64,000 nt of DNA from an uncultured Thermoanaerobaculia bacterium (GTDB lineage Bacteria > Acidobacteriota > JBCCFW01): contig CAZTIW010000014.1 in assembly GCA_964613915.1 (NCBI GenBank), positions 30,928 to 94,927 on the forward strand, given 5' to 3'. The notes beneath the pieces are model-generated. The model made no database searches and was not told where the DNA came from. It worked only from the letters and a program-made list of their open reading frames with translations. The translations under genes were made by a program, and so were the position numbers. Shown piece by piece: positions 20,101 through 29,504 of this stretch; positions within the stretch are counted from its first letter, which is position 1, and every line of letters starts with the position of its first letter.

Positions 20101-20302
20101 GGCACCCCTTCCCCGAGGGCCGACCCTGCATCTCGTGGAGCGAGCGCAGGCTGACTCGGCCGAATGTACTCCCATGACCGCGGGGCGGCCAACGCGGCGC
20201 GACGACCGAAGCGTCGCATGCGCGTGGCTCCGCCCGCGACTTGCGCTGGCGGCGCGCATCCGGTAGCTTCGTGACAACGATTTCGACGCACGGAGGCACG
20301 CG

Positions 20303-21067
20303 ATGCGCGCTTGGATTCCTGTTGCCCTCACCGCCCTGAGCCTCACCCTTGCCGCGCCGGCTGACGCCGAGACGGCGGCTCAGCCCGCGACGCCAGCGGC
20401 TCCCTCATCGTCCGCGAGCCCGGCGCCCCCCGTCGCGGTGACGATCGTCGCGCCGGCGCAGGCCCCGCAAGCTGAGGGCAGCGCCATGGCGGAGGCCATG
20501 GCGCGACGGATCAACGAGGCCATCGCGTCGGCGCCCATCGCCATCGGGCCGCTCGCCGAAGCCGCGGTGCGCGAGGGTGTCGGACGCATGGTCGCGCGCG
20601 AAATGTTGGACGGACGCCTCTCGCAGGTGCCCGTCGTGGCGGATGAAGCGGCGACCTCGACCGAGTTCCTGGCCTGGCGCGACTACCTGCGCGAGAAGTT
20701 CGATCGCCGCATGCCGCGCAACGAGGAGATCGGCGGGCGCGCCGCCCTCGGCGTCCGGCTCGGAAGCCCCGGTCAGCTCGACGAAGAGGTCGTTCCGGCC
20801 GCCGTCCTGCAGTCGCTCTCGACGTGGAATCAGGAGGGCGCGCTCGTGACCTCGATCGTGCCCGGTTCGCCGGCGGAACAGGCGGGCATGCTCGCTGGCG
20901 ACGTCGTCGTGCAGTTCGCCGGCATCTGGGTGGATTCGTCCGCGCTCCTCGTGCGCCTCGCGTCCCGCGCTCAGGTCGATCGCGAGGTCGAGGTCTGGGT
21001 GCTGCGCGGCGGCGAGATCGAGCGCCTGTTCGTGACGCCCGCCGATCGCTCCGTCCTCGGCAACTGA
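20303..21067 (+). CDS. Secreted PDZ-domain protein
   Basis: Signal peptide MRAWIPVALTALSLTLAAPADA; C-terminal PDZ-like block (GALVTSIVPGSPAEQAGMLAGDVVVQFAG). Confidence 0.6.
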   Translation: MRAWIPVALTALSLTLAAPADAETAAQPATPAAPSSSASPAPPVAVTIVAPAQAPQAEGSAMAEAMARRINEAIASAPIAIGPLAEAAVREGVGRMVAREMLDGRLSQVPVVADEAATSTEFLAWRDYLREKFDRRMPRNEEIGGRAALGVRLGSPGQLDEEVVPAAVLQSLSTWNQEGALVTSIVPGSPAEQAGMLAGDVVVQFAGIWVDSSALLVRLASRAQVDREVEVWVLRGGEIERLFVTPADRSVLGN

Positions 21068-22122
21068 AGCGCTGCCGTCGCCGGCGCGGGGCTCCGCGTC
21101 CGGGCGGCTCCTGGCGTCAGCACCGTGAACACGTACTCCGTGTTGCGCACGTGGCTCACCGTTCCCACCTTGCGTCCGCTCGGGTCGTGGATGCCGATCT
21201 GCGCGCCCACGTAGCGGCGGAAGCCGTGCTCCTGCACGCTCACCTCGCCCCGCTCGGTCAGCATCGCCATGATCTCGTCGCGCGTGAGAAACCCCTCGTC
21301 GCTGAATGAGACGACGAGCGCGCGCACGCGCAGGCTCGCGATGACCTCGCGCAGCGCCGCCGCGCACGCCCGCTTCGAGTTGAAGTCGCTGCGCCGCTCG
21401 CGGCAGTCCACGCGCTTGCAGGCCGTCCCGTACGCCTCGGGTTCGTCGCCGCGCACCAGCGTTTCCCAGACGTGGTAGTTGCCCAGGTACGAGTGCTGGT
21501 TGTACGGCGGATCGAGGTACGCCACGTCGGCTTCGAGCGCGCGCGCCGCCTCGCGCGCGTCGAGGCCGTGCGCCGCGCCCTTGCCGGCCCTGGCGCGCGG
21601 CAGCACGTCGGGCACGCGCAGCTCGAGCGGGCGCCCGGCGCGCGTCGCCCACTTCTTGAGGTACGCCATCTGCACGCCCGTCGTGGAGTCCACGCGGTCG
21701 GCGGCCTCCATGAGCGAGACCAGCATGACGGCCTCGAGCTCGGGCGGCAGCGCCTTGCGCGCGAGGGCGCGCCGGATCGCGTCCATGCGCTCGCCGTTCT
21801 TCGGGTGGAAGAACCGCGAGCGGACGCAGAACATCTCGGTCAGGTACCCCGGCGCGCCCGGAAGCGCGTTCATCTCGGTCACGAGCGCCGCGGCGTCGCG
21901 CGCGACGTCCTCGCGATCCGCCTGCACGTAGCAGCGGGCAAGCGTCTCGGCGTAGGCGTTGTGATCGTTGGCGAGCACGCGCAGGCCGCGCGCCTTCAGT
22001 GCATGACCGACGCGCGACGTGCCCGAGAAGAGATCGATGACGCTGCTGACCTCCGGCACCGACTCGATCGCCTGCACCAGGCTGGGCAGCAGGCGGCGCT
22101 TGGAGCCGAGGTACTTGATCAT
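20971..22122 (-). CDS. DNA adenine methyltransferase, Dam/D12-class-like, apparently orphan
   Basis: N-terminal MIKYLGSKRRLLP and catalytic DPPY; no restriction-enzyme-like neighbour in the window; 3-prime end overlaps the convergent PDZ gene by about 97 bp. Confidence 0.7.
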   Translation of the reverse strand: MIKYLGSKRRLLPSLVQAIESVPEVSSVIDLFSGTSRVGHALKARGLRVLANDHNAYAETLARCYVQADREDVARDAAALVTEMNALPGAPGYLTEMFCVRSRFFHPKNGERMDAIRRALARKALPPELEAVMLVSLMEAADRVDSTTGVQMAYLKKWATRAGRPLELRVPDVLPRARAGKGAAHGLDAREAARALEADVAYLDPPYNQHSYLGNYHVWETLVRGDEPEAYGTACKRVDCRERRSDFNSKRACAAALREVIASLRVRALVVSFSDEGFLTRDEIMAMLTERGEVSVQEHGFRRYVGAQIGIHDPSGRKVGTVSHVRNTEYVFTVLTPGAARTRSPAPATAALQLPRTERSAGVTNRRSISPPRSTQTSTSRST

Positions 22123-22159
22123 CCCGGCGGGCGGCGCCGGACGGACGCGCGCGCGACGC

Positions 22160-23002
22160 TCACCCGTAGCTCTCGACCTTGAGATCGAAGCTCCCGTCCT
22201 CGCGACGGTTGCGACGCGACACGAAGCCGCGCGGCTCCAGGACGGTCTGGGCGGCCTTCACGGTGCCCTCGTAGCCACACGCGTGGCAGAAGTACGCGGA
22301 GGCCACGATGTCGTCATCGAGGAGCGTCTCGATCCGGCTGCGGCCACCGCCCTCCGGCGGCGTGAGCAACTGCTCGGCGCGGCCCGTCAGTCCCGTCCAG
22401 CCCGCGTTCTGCGGATCCGCGGGGCGGCTGATGGTGGGGAAGTAGCGCAGCGAGAACGCGTTCGGTCCGGCGTCGCGCGTCGAGGCCTCGATCTCGCGAA
22501 GGAGCGCGTCGTAGCCGAGCTCATGAACGTGGCTCGCGCCGTGAACCACGATCATGCGGCGCGGCACCGCGCGGTGGCGCAACTCGAGCGCGTAGGCGAT
22601 GAATGGCGCGACGCCCGTGCCGCCGCCGATGCACAGGAGCGCGCGCAGGTCCGGGGAGCCGTCGGGGCGCTTCTCCTCGATCGTGAAGGGCCCCGTGATG
22701 CCCCGGTGCGGGATGACGCCGCCGACGGGCGTCGTCCAGAGGTGCGACGTGAACGCGCCGGGCACCGGTGACATGGGACGGCGAATGTAGAGCTCGAGCC
22801 AGCGCTTCTCGGACGGCGGCGAGGCGATCGAGTACGCGCGCCAGACCATCTTCTCGTTCTCGCCGACGGGCGCGCCGAGCGTGACGAAGTGCCCGGGCTG
22901 GTAGTCGGGGATGCCACTCTCGAGCTCGAAGCGGAAGAGCGCGAGCGTGTCGTTCAGATCCTGACGCCAGATGAGCGTCGCGCTCTCGATGGCCTTGCCC
23001 AT
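22160..23002 (-). CDS. Ferredoxin-NADP reductase-type flavoprotein oxidoreductase
   Basis: FAD-binding RAYSIAS motif; NAD(P)-binding GGTGVAPF. Confidence 0.75.
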   Translation of the reverse strand: MGKAIESATLIWRQDLNDTLALFRFELESGIPDYQPGHFVTLGAPVGENEKMVWRAYSIASPPSEKRWLELYIRRPMSPVPGAFTSHLWTTPVGGVIPHRGITGPFTIEEKRPDGSPDLRALLCIGGGTGVAPFIAYALELRHRAVPRRMIVVHGASHVHELGYDALLREIEASTRDAGPNAFSLRYFPTISRPADPQNAGWTGLTGRAEQLLTPPEGGGRSRIETLLDDDIVASAYFCHACGYEGTVKAAQTVLEPRGFVSRRNRREDGSFDLKVESYG

Positions 23003-23113
23003 GGGGATGCGGTCTCCGGGCGCATGGCGCGGAGATCTCCCGCGGATGCCCGGCGCATCATCCGTGATGCGGAGCGGTCAGGGCAAGCGCCGCGCGGGAG
23101 AGCGGGGGTTCCC

Positions 23114-24952
23114 TCAGTGATCGCCGAGCGCCTCGCGCACGGCCTTGCGCACGCGGCGCGGCGCGCTCTTCGCCTCGCCACGGGCGCGCGCGGGCGCGAC
23201 GATCCGCCGCTCGACATCCGCGCGGGACGCCGGTTCGAGGGCGGCCAGGGCGACCGCGAGGCGCGCGAGGTCGGAGTCGTCGCCTGCGCGGGCGTAGAGC
23301 TTCGGCTCGTCCATGGCGCGATCCAGCTCGGCCATGAGGCGGGCGCCGAGCGCGCCGAGGGCGGCGTGGCGGGCGGGCGACGCCGCCGGCAGGCGGCAGG
23401 CGAGCGCGATCGCCGCGTCGTAGGCGGTCTCCGCCGTCCATGCCTTGCGCATCCACGTCTCGGTGCCGCTGCGCAGCTCCACGTCGCCGGTCGCGCGCGA
23501 CGCGAGGCTCGCCGGATCGACCGGCACGATCAGCTCGGGCTCGGCGATCGCGGACGGCCGGACCACGCCGAGTTCGACCCGCGCGTCGCCCGCGATCACG
23601 GCGAGTGCGCGATCCGCCGGCTGCGTCGCCTGGCTGATGGCGCGGGGCCGCACGCTGGCGACGAGGGCGCCGTCGCGCACGGCGAAGTCCGCGGCCACGG
23701 TGTCGATCACGACCGGGCGGCTCACCGGCGCGATCACCGGGCGCACGTCCCCGTTGAGGCCCCGCACCGTGACCTCGACGGTCGCGCCGAAGGGCGCGCC
23801 CGGCTGCACGGGACCGAGTTCGATGCGCTCCGTGCGGCGCGCGCGCGACGCGACGGGGCGGCCGATGCTGCCGCGCCCGGCGACGGCGCGCACGCCCTCC
23901 CACGTGGCGGCGTCCACCGCCGCGTCCTCCTCGCCGGCGTTCGCGACGACGATCTCGAGCGTGATCGATTCGCCGGGCTCGACGACGCCGTCCCCGGTCG
24001 CGTCGAGGAGCACGGCGTGCTCGACGCGGACGACGGGGTTGCGCAGGTGCACGGCCTCGGACTCCGCCCAGCCCTCGGCGAAGCCGCGCGAGAAGCCCTG
24101 CTCGAAGCCCTGCCGGAAGCCGTGCGCGAACCCGGCGGCGAAGTCCTCGCACGCGCGGCGCCGCGCGCCCTCGATCCGGCCGGCCGCGAGGCCATCGGTC
24201 TCCCATGTTCGCACGAGGCTCGCCGAGACCGTGTCGCGCTGATGCAGGAAGGCCTGGTGCCACTCTTCCCGGAAACCGTCCTTGTAGCCGCGGATCCAGG
24301 CGTTCATCGCGTCGCCTTCATGCCCGTCGAGGCTCGCGCGGTTGCGAAGCGTGGTCTTGTCCGGATAGTCCGGCGCGGGCACGTCCCAGCCCAGGGGCGA
24401 CTCCCGGCGCTCCGCGTCCGCAGGTCGCACGCTGACGCGCCGGCCGGCGGGGAGCCGCAGGGCGATCTCGTCCGGCTCGTTGCAGGCGGCGTGGGTCGGT
24501 GGGGGCGGTGGCGCCGGGGCGGATGGCGGCTCGGGCGCGACGTAGACGGGGCGGCCGAGAAGCCGCGCGAACCCGGCGTCGCACGCCGCCTTCCCGCGAT
24601 CGCGTCCGGCGTCGTGTCCGCTCGCGCGGCCCGGCCGCTCGCCCGCGACGATGCCGTCATCCCAGGCGCCTTGCTGCTGCCAGCTGCGCTCGCGGTCGAG
24701 GCCGCGCCTGAAGCCGACGAGCCACGCGTCGAGCGTGGCCTGGGCGCGGCCGATGTCCGCGCCCGCGCTGATGCCTGCGCGTCGCCCGTCCACGCGGCCT
24801 TCGATCTGACCCTGGGCCTCGGGGCCGGGCTCGGTGGTGCCGATGCCGTCGGCTTGCGCCCGCGTGTCCATCGCGGGAGCGGCCGCGACGAGACTCAGGA
24901 CGGCCGTGAGCCACCATCGTCCGCGATGAGAGCCTGGCGTGCGCGCTGTCAT
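23114..24952 (-). CDS. Secreted hypothetical protein
   Basis: Start set at MTARTPGSHRGRWWLTAVLSLVAAAPA (signal peptide); internal GF-rich repeats (GFAHGFRQGFEQGFSRGFAEGW). Confidence 0.5.
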   Translation of the reverse strand: MTARTPGSHRGRWWLTAVLSLVAAAPAMDTRAQADGIGTTEPGPEAQGQIEGRVDGRRAGISAGADIGRAQATLDAWLVGFRRGLDRERSWQQQGAWDDGIVAGERPGRASGHDAGRDRGKAACDAGFARLLGRPVYVAPEPPSAPAPPPPPTHAACNEPDEIALRLPAGRRVSVRPADAERRESPLGWDVPAPDYPDKTTLRNRASLDGHEGDAMNAWIRGYKDGFREEWHQAFLHQRDTVSASLVRTWETDGLAAGRIEGARRRACEDFAAGFAHGFRQGFEQGFSRGFAEGWAESEAVHLRNPVVRVEHAVLLDATGDGVVEPGESITLEIVVANAGEEDAAVDAATWEGVRAVAGRGSIGRPVASRARRTERIELGPVQPGAPFGATVEVTVRGLNGDVRPVIAPVSRPVVIDTVAADFAVRDGALVASVRPRAISQATQPADRALAVIAGDARVELGVVRPSAIAEPELIVPVDPASLASRATGDVELRSGTETWMRKAWTAETAYDAAIALACRLPAASPARHAALGALGARLMAELDRAMDEPKLYARAGDDSDLARLAVALAALEPASRADVERRIVAPARARGEAKSAPRRVRKAVREALGDH

Positions 24953-25555
24953 GAGAGCCCTCCGCCTGCATGGCGTCCAGCACACCGGACGCGCGCCGCC
25001 AGCCGAGCATTCAGGCCGGGTGGCCGCTCGGGTTCGCGATCAGGCGGCGGCCGCGGGTCCGGCGCCGAGGTGCTGGCGGAGCGTGCGCAGCAGGGAATGC
25101 GCGCGGTAGTAGAGCACGCGGACGGGCTCGTGCGCACCGTTGCGGCGTTGGACGATGGCGCTCAGGGCCGCCTTGATCGCGAGAACCGCGGCGGCGTTCG
25201 TGCCGAGCGGCCTGGGCATCGAGAGGTTACGGCGTGCTGACATGGGGGCTACCTCGTCGCGTGGCGCCTTGCAGCGCATCATCTGCTGCCCCACGACGAG
25301 CAAGCGGCATGCCATGTTAGCGCCGCCCGGGTGGTTCCGGCGCTCCCGAGGGCGGAGAGCCCGATTCTGGCCGCTCACGGCCGGGGGCGGATGCGATACG
25401 CCCCCTCACTGGGAAGCGGGCTTCCCACCGGTGCGCAGCCAAGTGGGCAGCATCTGCCCTGCCAATCAGGCGCGTGCATGACAGGCGGGGCACGGGGCGT
25501 CGCGGCGCGTCAGGCGGGTGCCGCGGCGAGGCAGCCGGTCCGGCGCCGCCGCTAG

Positions 25556-26875
25556 CTACTTCCCGAACCGCCAGGAGGCCGTGGCCGTCAGCGCGAGGGC
25601 GAAGGAGTCGTAGCTGGACTCGAACTCGTTGCCCGTGCCCTTCGTGTCCAGGGGCTCGAAGCGCACCGCCTGCAGGCCCACGTCGATCATGAGCCGGCGC
25701 GTCTGCCGCGTCACGCCCGCCGACAGCAACACGCGGTCCGAGTCGGGGAGGAGCGGATCGGCCGTGCGCTTCGGGACGGGCGACGCGTCGAAGCCGAGGC
25801 CCGCCGCGAGCCACCACCGATCGTTCATCTTGCGGCGCGCGCCCGCGCGCAGGGCCCAGGCGTCGTGCCAGGTCGGCGTGAGGAACTCGTTGATGACGAG
25901 CTCGTAGCCGCCCGCTTCGATGGTCTCGAGATCCACGATGACCTCGTCCATCACGGACCAGTTCGTCCAGGTGGCGGCGACCTCGAAGCTCCACCGCGCG
26001 CCGACGTGGCCCACGCCGGCCCAGGCGGTCGCGGGCAGGGTGAGCGCCGTGCTGGCCGGCCCGTCCTGGAAGAGCGTCTCGATGGCCTGGTCGAGCGAGA
26101 AGGCGCCGAGCGGCACGATGGTGTAGTCCACGTCCCCCGCGAACGTCAGCTCGGTCTGGCCGTGAAACGCGAGGCCGAACCGCCAGCCGGACGCGCCCTG
26201 CCATCGCGCGCCGAGGCGGTAGCCCCACGCCGAGCCATCGCCCCTCAGGTCGGCCTCGGCCGAGTGACCGCGGCGGAAGATCGACAGGTCCACGTCCCGC
26301 ACGAGGTTCACCTTGCCCGTCGTCCACGTCGGGCCGAAGCCCAGCGACCAGCCGCGCGGCAGGCGGACGGCCGCGAGCGCGGCCGCCTGCACGGTCTGCA
26401 GGTCGGCGACGCGCGAGATGAACCGGCCCTCGTAGTCCGCGGGCCACTCGGTGGCGAGCCCGAACGGCGCGTTGATGGACAGGCCGAAGGCCCACCGGCC
26501 GGGGCTGCCGTCGGCGCGCGTCGCGAGACCGCGCGACACGTACAGGTGCGGCACGTCGAACGCGTCGCGCGCGCTCTCGACCTCGAGGCCCGTGGCGAGC
26601 GGCGTCGAGGCAACATCGAGCGACAGGTGCGTGACGCCCGCGCTGAGCGACCAACCGCTCAGCGTGGTCATGCCGGCGGGGTTGTAGAAGAGCGTTTCGG
26701 GGCTGTCGAGGGTCGCGACGGCCGCGAGGCCCTGCGCGAGCGCGCGCGCGCCGTGGTCGTTGATGGCGTAGCCAGAGGCGCGCACGGTGGCGGGCGCGCC
26801 GACGCACACCAGCGCGAGCGCGAGCGCCAGCGCCGCGGCCCGCGTCGTGAGGCTGGCGACTCGTCGCGTGCTCAC
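25556..26875 (-). CDS. FadL/OMPP1/TodX-family outer-membrane hydrophobic-compound transporter
   Basis: Signal peptide then YNPAGM motif typical of FadL; alternating beta-strand pattern; C-terminal aromatic residue; GTG start overlapping the upstream lipase stop. Confidence 0.7.
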   Translation of the reverse strand: MSTRRVASLTTRAAALALALALVCVGAPATVRASGYAINDHGARALAQGLAAVATLDSPETLFYNPAGMTTLSGWSLSAGVTHLSLDVASTPLATGLEVESARDAFDVPHLYVSRGLATRADGSPGRWAFGLSINAPFGLATEWPADYEGRFISRVADLQTVQAAALAAVRLPRGWSLGFGPTWTTGKVNLVRDVDLSIFRRGHSAEADLRGDGSAWGYRLGARWQGASGWRFGLAFHGQTELTFAGDVDYTIVPLGAFSLDQAIETLFQDGPASTALTLPATAWAGVGHVGARWSFEVAATWTNWSVMDEVIVDLETIEAGGYELVINEFLTPTWHDAWALRAGARRKMNDRWWLAAGLGFDASPVPKRTADPLLPDSDRVLLSAGVTRQTRRLMIDVGLQAVRFEPLDTKGTGNEFESSYDSFALALTATASWRFGK

Positions 26876-28938
26876 GGGCAGGCCGCGGGCAGGGTGGTCT
26901 CGGGCACGCCGAACGAGTCCGCTCCGACGGGCCCGGCGCCGTCGGCGTTGACCGCCGAGACGAGGAAGAACCACGACGAGGAGTCATCGGGCGGCATGGT
27001 CTCGATCCACTCGAGCGCGGGCGCGGCGATGCAGCCTCCAGCGACCCCGGGCTCGCACCGGGCGCCGTCCCAGTCGCCGATGAAGCCGCGCCACACGCGA
27101 TAGGTCTCGGCGAGCGGCTCCTCCGACCAGCTGACCGCGATCCCGGCGGCCTTGCGAACCAGGAGCGGGCCAGCGCTTCCGGGGCCGGACACCTCGTCGG
27201 GGGGCGTGCCGCTCGACGACGACTGGCCGTAGACCCAGAGCCACGCGCCGTCCCACTCGACCTGCGCGGCGTCGGGCGTGCCGACGGCGGTGACGGCGAG
27301 ACGGACCTTGGCGGCCGCGATGTCCGCCGCGGTGGGCGTGGGCCACGCATGGCGTCCGGTGATGCGGCCGTCATCCGTCGCGTTGAGCGTCATCATCGCG
27401 GTGACGGAACGATAGGCCGGGACGCCGGGGAGCGCGTTGACGACCGAGGGCGTCCCGATGTTGCCGGCCGTGCCCGAGCCGCCCACGATGGGCGTGACGG
27501 TGTCCCATCCCGTGAAGGTCCACTGGGGAGGCGCGAAGTCCACGAAGGAGGCGTCGAACCGGTGCGTGTCGTCGGCGAAGGCCGCGCTGGTCTTGTAGCG
27601 CACGCCGACGATGACGCGGGCGGGCGTGATGCCGGCGGGGAGCGTGAAGCCAGACAGCTCGAGCACGCCGCCGGGCCCCACGCTCGCGGGGGCGCCGTCG
27701 AGGAGGACCGCGGCGCCGGGCGTCGTGATGGCGCTCGCGCCCGCCACGACGCGCGCGGTCGTCGGGCTCAGGACGGCGACGAGCGGGAGGACGCCGATGT
27801 CGAGGCCGGACACGCCGGACGCGGCCACGTTGACGCGTCCGAGGGACTCCATCACGGCGTGCTGGATGATGTCGGCGCCCAGGTCGGTGGGGTGAATGTT
27901 GTCGAATGCGCAGATGCGGCCCGTGGCTCCGCAGCACGAGCCGCGGAGGACATCCTGGTGCGCGAACTCGGGCTCGACCTCCCCGACCAGCGCGGGACGG
28001 ACCTGGCCCCAGGCGAGGTGCCTGAGCATCTGGTTCCACATGGGCGGCGCCGCGGCGTGAAAGTCGGTCGTCGCGCACGCGGGAGCGAGGTTGTCGTACA
28101 CCGAGTTGATTTCGATGTCAGCGCCTGGAAGCTGCGTCGTCAGCACGGAGAGGATCTCCTGCGTCGTGCGACGCGTGTGGATCAGCTCCTGGAGCGAGCG
28201 CTGGAGGTCGGCCGCGACGAACGGGTAGCGCTGGCCCGCGGCGTTGGGCTCCGTGTTGAGGAAGTCATTGCCGCCGATCGAGAGGGTCACGAGGTCGGGA
28301 TCGGCGGCGACGACGCGCGGGATGTACTGGTTGTTGACCGAGGCTCCGTCCATGGGCGTCAGGAGATCCTCGGAGTGCCAGCCGCCGACGGCGCGGTTGC
28401 TGCGCGTGACCGTGCCGGGGCCGAGGCAGTCGAGCTCGGCGGCCACCTCGGGCGAGTAGTCGGTGTCGAGGAAGATGCAGACCGACACGCCGGCCGCGAT
28501 GGAGTCGCCGAGCTGGATGTAGAGGTAGCTGGGATCCTGCATGCGCGCGCGCAGGTTGCGCGCGAGCCCCATGCGCAAGCGCCCGACCGGATCGCTGCCC
28601 GCCGCGGGGCACGTGATCGAGTCGGCCTCGACGCGACGGAGGGCGCCCGACGTCAGGCCGGTGGCCGGATCGGGTTCGACGGGGAGGCCGAGGTCGAGCG
28701 CGCGGCAGCCGGTCGTGGTGGTGAGGGCGAACGCGCCGTCCAGGGCCGTCACGCCGCTGACCTCGCCGGTGGGCCCGAAGAGCCTGGCCGGGATGCCGGC
28801 GACGGCGCTCTCGGTGGCCCCCCGGATGCCGTTGGCGTCGAGGTCCACGAAGACCTGCCCGGAGACGACCTGGGAACGGGCGCACGGGGAGGCAGCCAGG
28901 GCGACGAGGCCAACGGCGAGCACGGCGAGTGGGCGCAT
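26872..28938 (-). CDS. Secreted SGNH/GDSL hydrolase (lipase/esterase-like) with about 300-aa C-terminal extension
   Basis: Signal peptide MRPLAVLAVGLVALAASPCA; GDSL blocks LGDSIAAG, SIGGNDF, DNIHPTDLG. Confidence 0.75.
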   Translation of the reverse strand: MRPLAVLAVGLVALAASPCARSQVVSGQVFVDLDANGIRGATESAVAGIPARLFGPTGEVSGVTALDGAFALTTTTGCRALDLGLPVEPDPATGLTSGALRRVEADSITCPAAGSDPVGRLRMGLARNLRARMQDPSYLYIQLGDSIAAGVSVCIFLDTDYSPEVAAELDCLGPGTVTRSNRAVGGWHSEDLLTPMDGASVNNQYIPRVVAADPDLVTLSIGGNDFLNTEPNAAGQRYPFVAADLQRSLQELIHTRRTTQEILSVLTTQLPGADIEINSVYDNLAPACATTDFHAAAPPMWNQMLRHLAWGQVRPALVGEVEPEFAHQDVLRGSCCGATGRICAFDNIHPTDLGADIIQHAVMESLGRVNVAASGVSGLDIGVLPLVAVLSPTTARVVAGASAITTPGAAVLLDGAPASVGPGGVLELSGFTLPAGITPARVIVGVRYKTSAAFADDTHRFDASFVDFAPPQWTFTGWDTVTPIVGGSGTAGNIGTPSVVNALPGVPAYRSVTAMMTLNATDDGRITGRHAWPTPTAADIAAAKVRLAVTAVGTPDAAQVEWDGAWLWVYGQSSSSGTPPDEVSGPGSAGPLLVRKAAGIAVSWSEEPLAETYRVWRGFIGDWDGARCEPGVAGGCIAAPALEWIETMPPDDSSSWFFLVSAVNADGAGPVGADSFGVPETTLPAACP

Positions 28939-29041
28939 GGCCCATCATCCTGCCGATCGCCTCCCGTGCGCCACGGTCAACCCTCCCCCTGGCCGGCCGG
29001 TGCGCGTGACGCCCCCCGCCGGCTCATCTAGGCTTGGAGGC

Positions 29042-29473
29042 ATGCCGACGTTGCACGTGTCCGAGGAACTCGTGGCCGAGATGCGGGCGCTCGCGGAGCG
29101 GGCGTATCCGGCGGAGGCCTGCGGCCTGCTGCTGGGACAGAGCCTGCCGCGCGAGGGGAAGGGGCCGAAGATCGTCGCCAGCCGCCTGCACGGCGCGCGC
29201 AACGTGGCCAGGCCCGACGGCCAGCGCTTCCAGATTGACCCGGACGCGTTCCTGTCGGCGCACGAGGCCGCCGACGCCGCCGGCCTCGCGGTCCTCGGCG
29301 CGTGGCACTCGCATCCGGACAGGCCAGCCGAACCGTCGCCCGATGACATCGCGTCCGCCCAGCCCGGCTGGTGGACCGTGATCGTGGCGGTCGAGGACGG
29401 CCGCTCCGGCGGATGGGCCGCATTCCTTGCCGAGGGCGCCGAGCTCAAGGAGCAACGCACATGCATCTGCTGA
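29042..29473 (+). CDS. JAMM/MPN-family metallopeptidase (Mec+/CysO-peptidase-like)
   Basis: Complete JAMM motif E...HSHPDRPAEPSPDD (H-x-H-x7-S-x2-D); 143 aa. Confidence 0.8.
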   Translation: MPTLHVSEELVAEMRALAERAYPAEACGLLLGQSLPREGKGPKIVASRLHGARNVARPDGQRFQIDPDAFLSAHEAADAAGLAVLGAWHSHPDRPAEPSPDDIASAQPGWWTVIVAVEDGRSGGWAAFLAEGAELKEQRTCIC

Positions 29474-29504
29474 GGCGACACGCGATGGCATCCAGGACGG
29501 CGTC

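Noticed and set aside
22889-25240. 783-aa plus-strand ORF (and 23058-24263 minus)
   Set aside because: Overlap the FNR-like gene and the secreted protein at 23114-24952 in other frames; low-complexity Arg/Gly/Ala products.
24953-25555. About 600-bp gap with small ORFs (25140-25481, 25040-25378); considered a small protein gene or RNA
   Set aside because: Small ORFs have Arg-rich junk-like products; no RNA structure or motif I could support.
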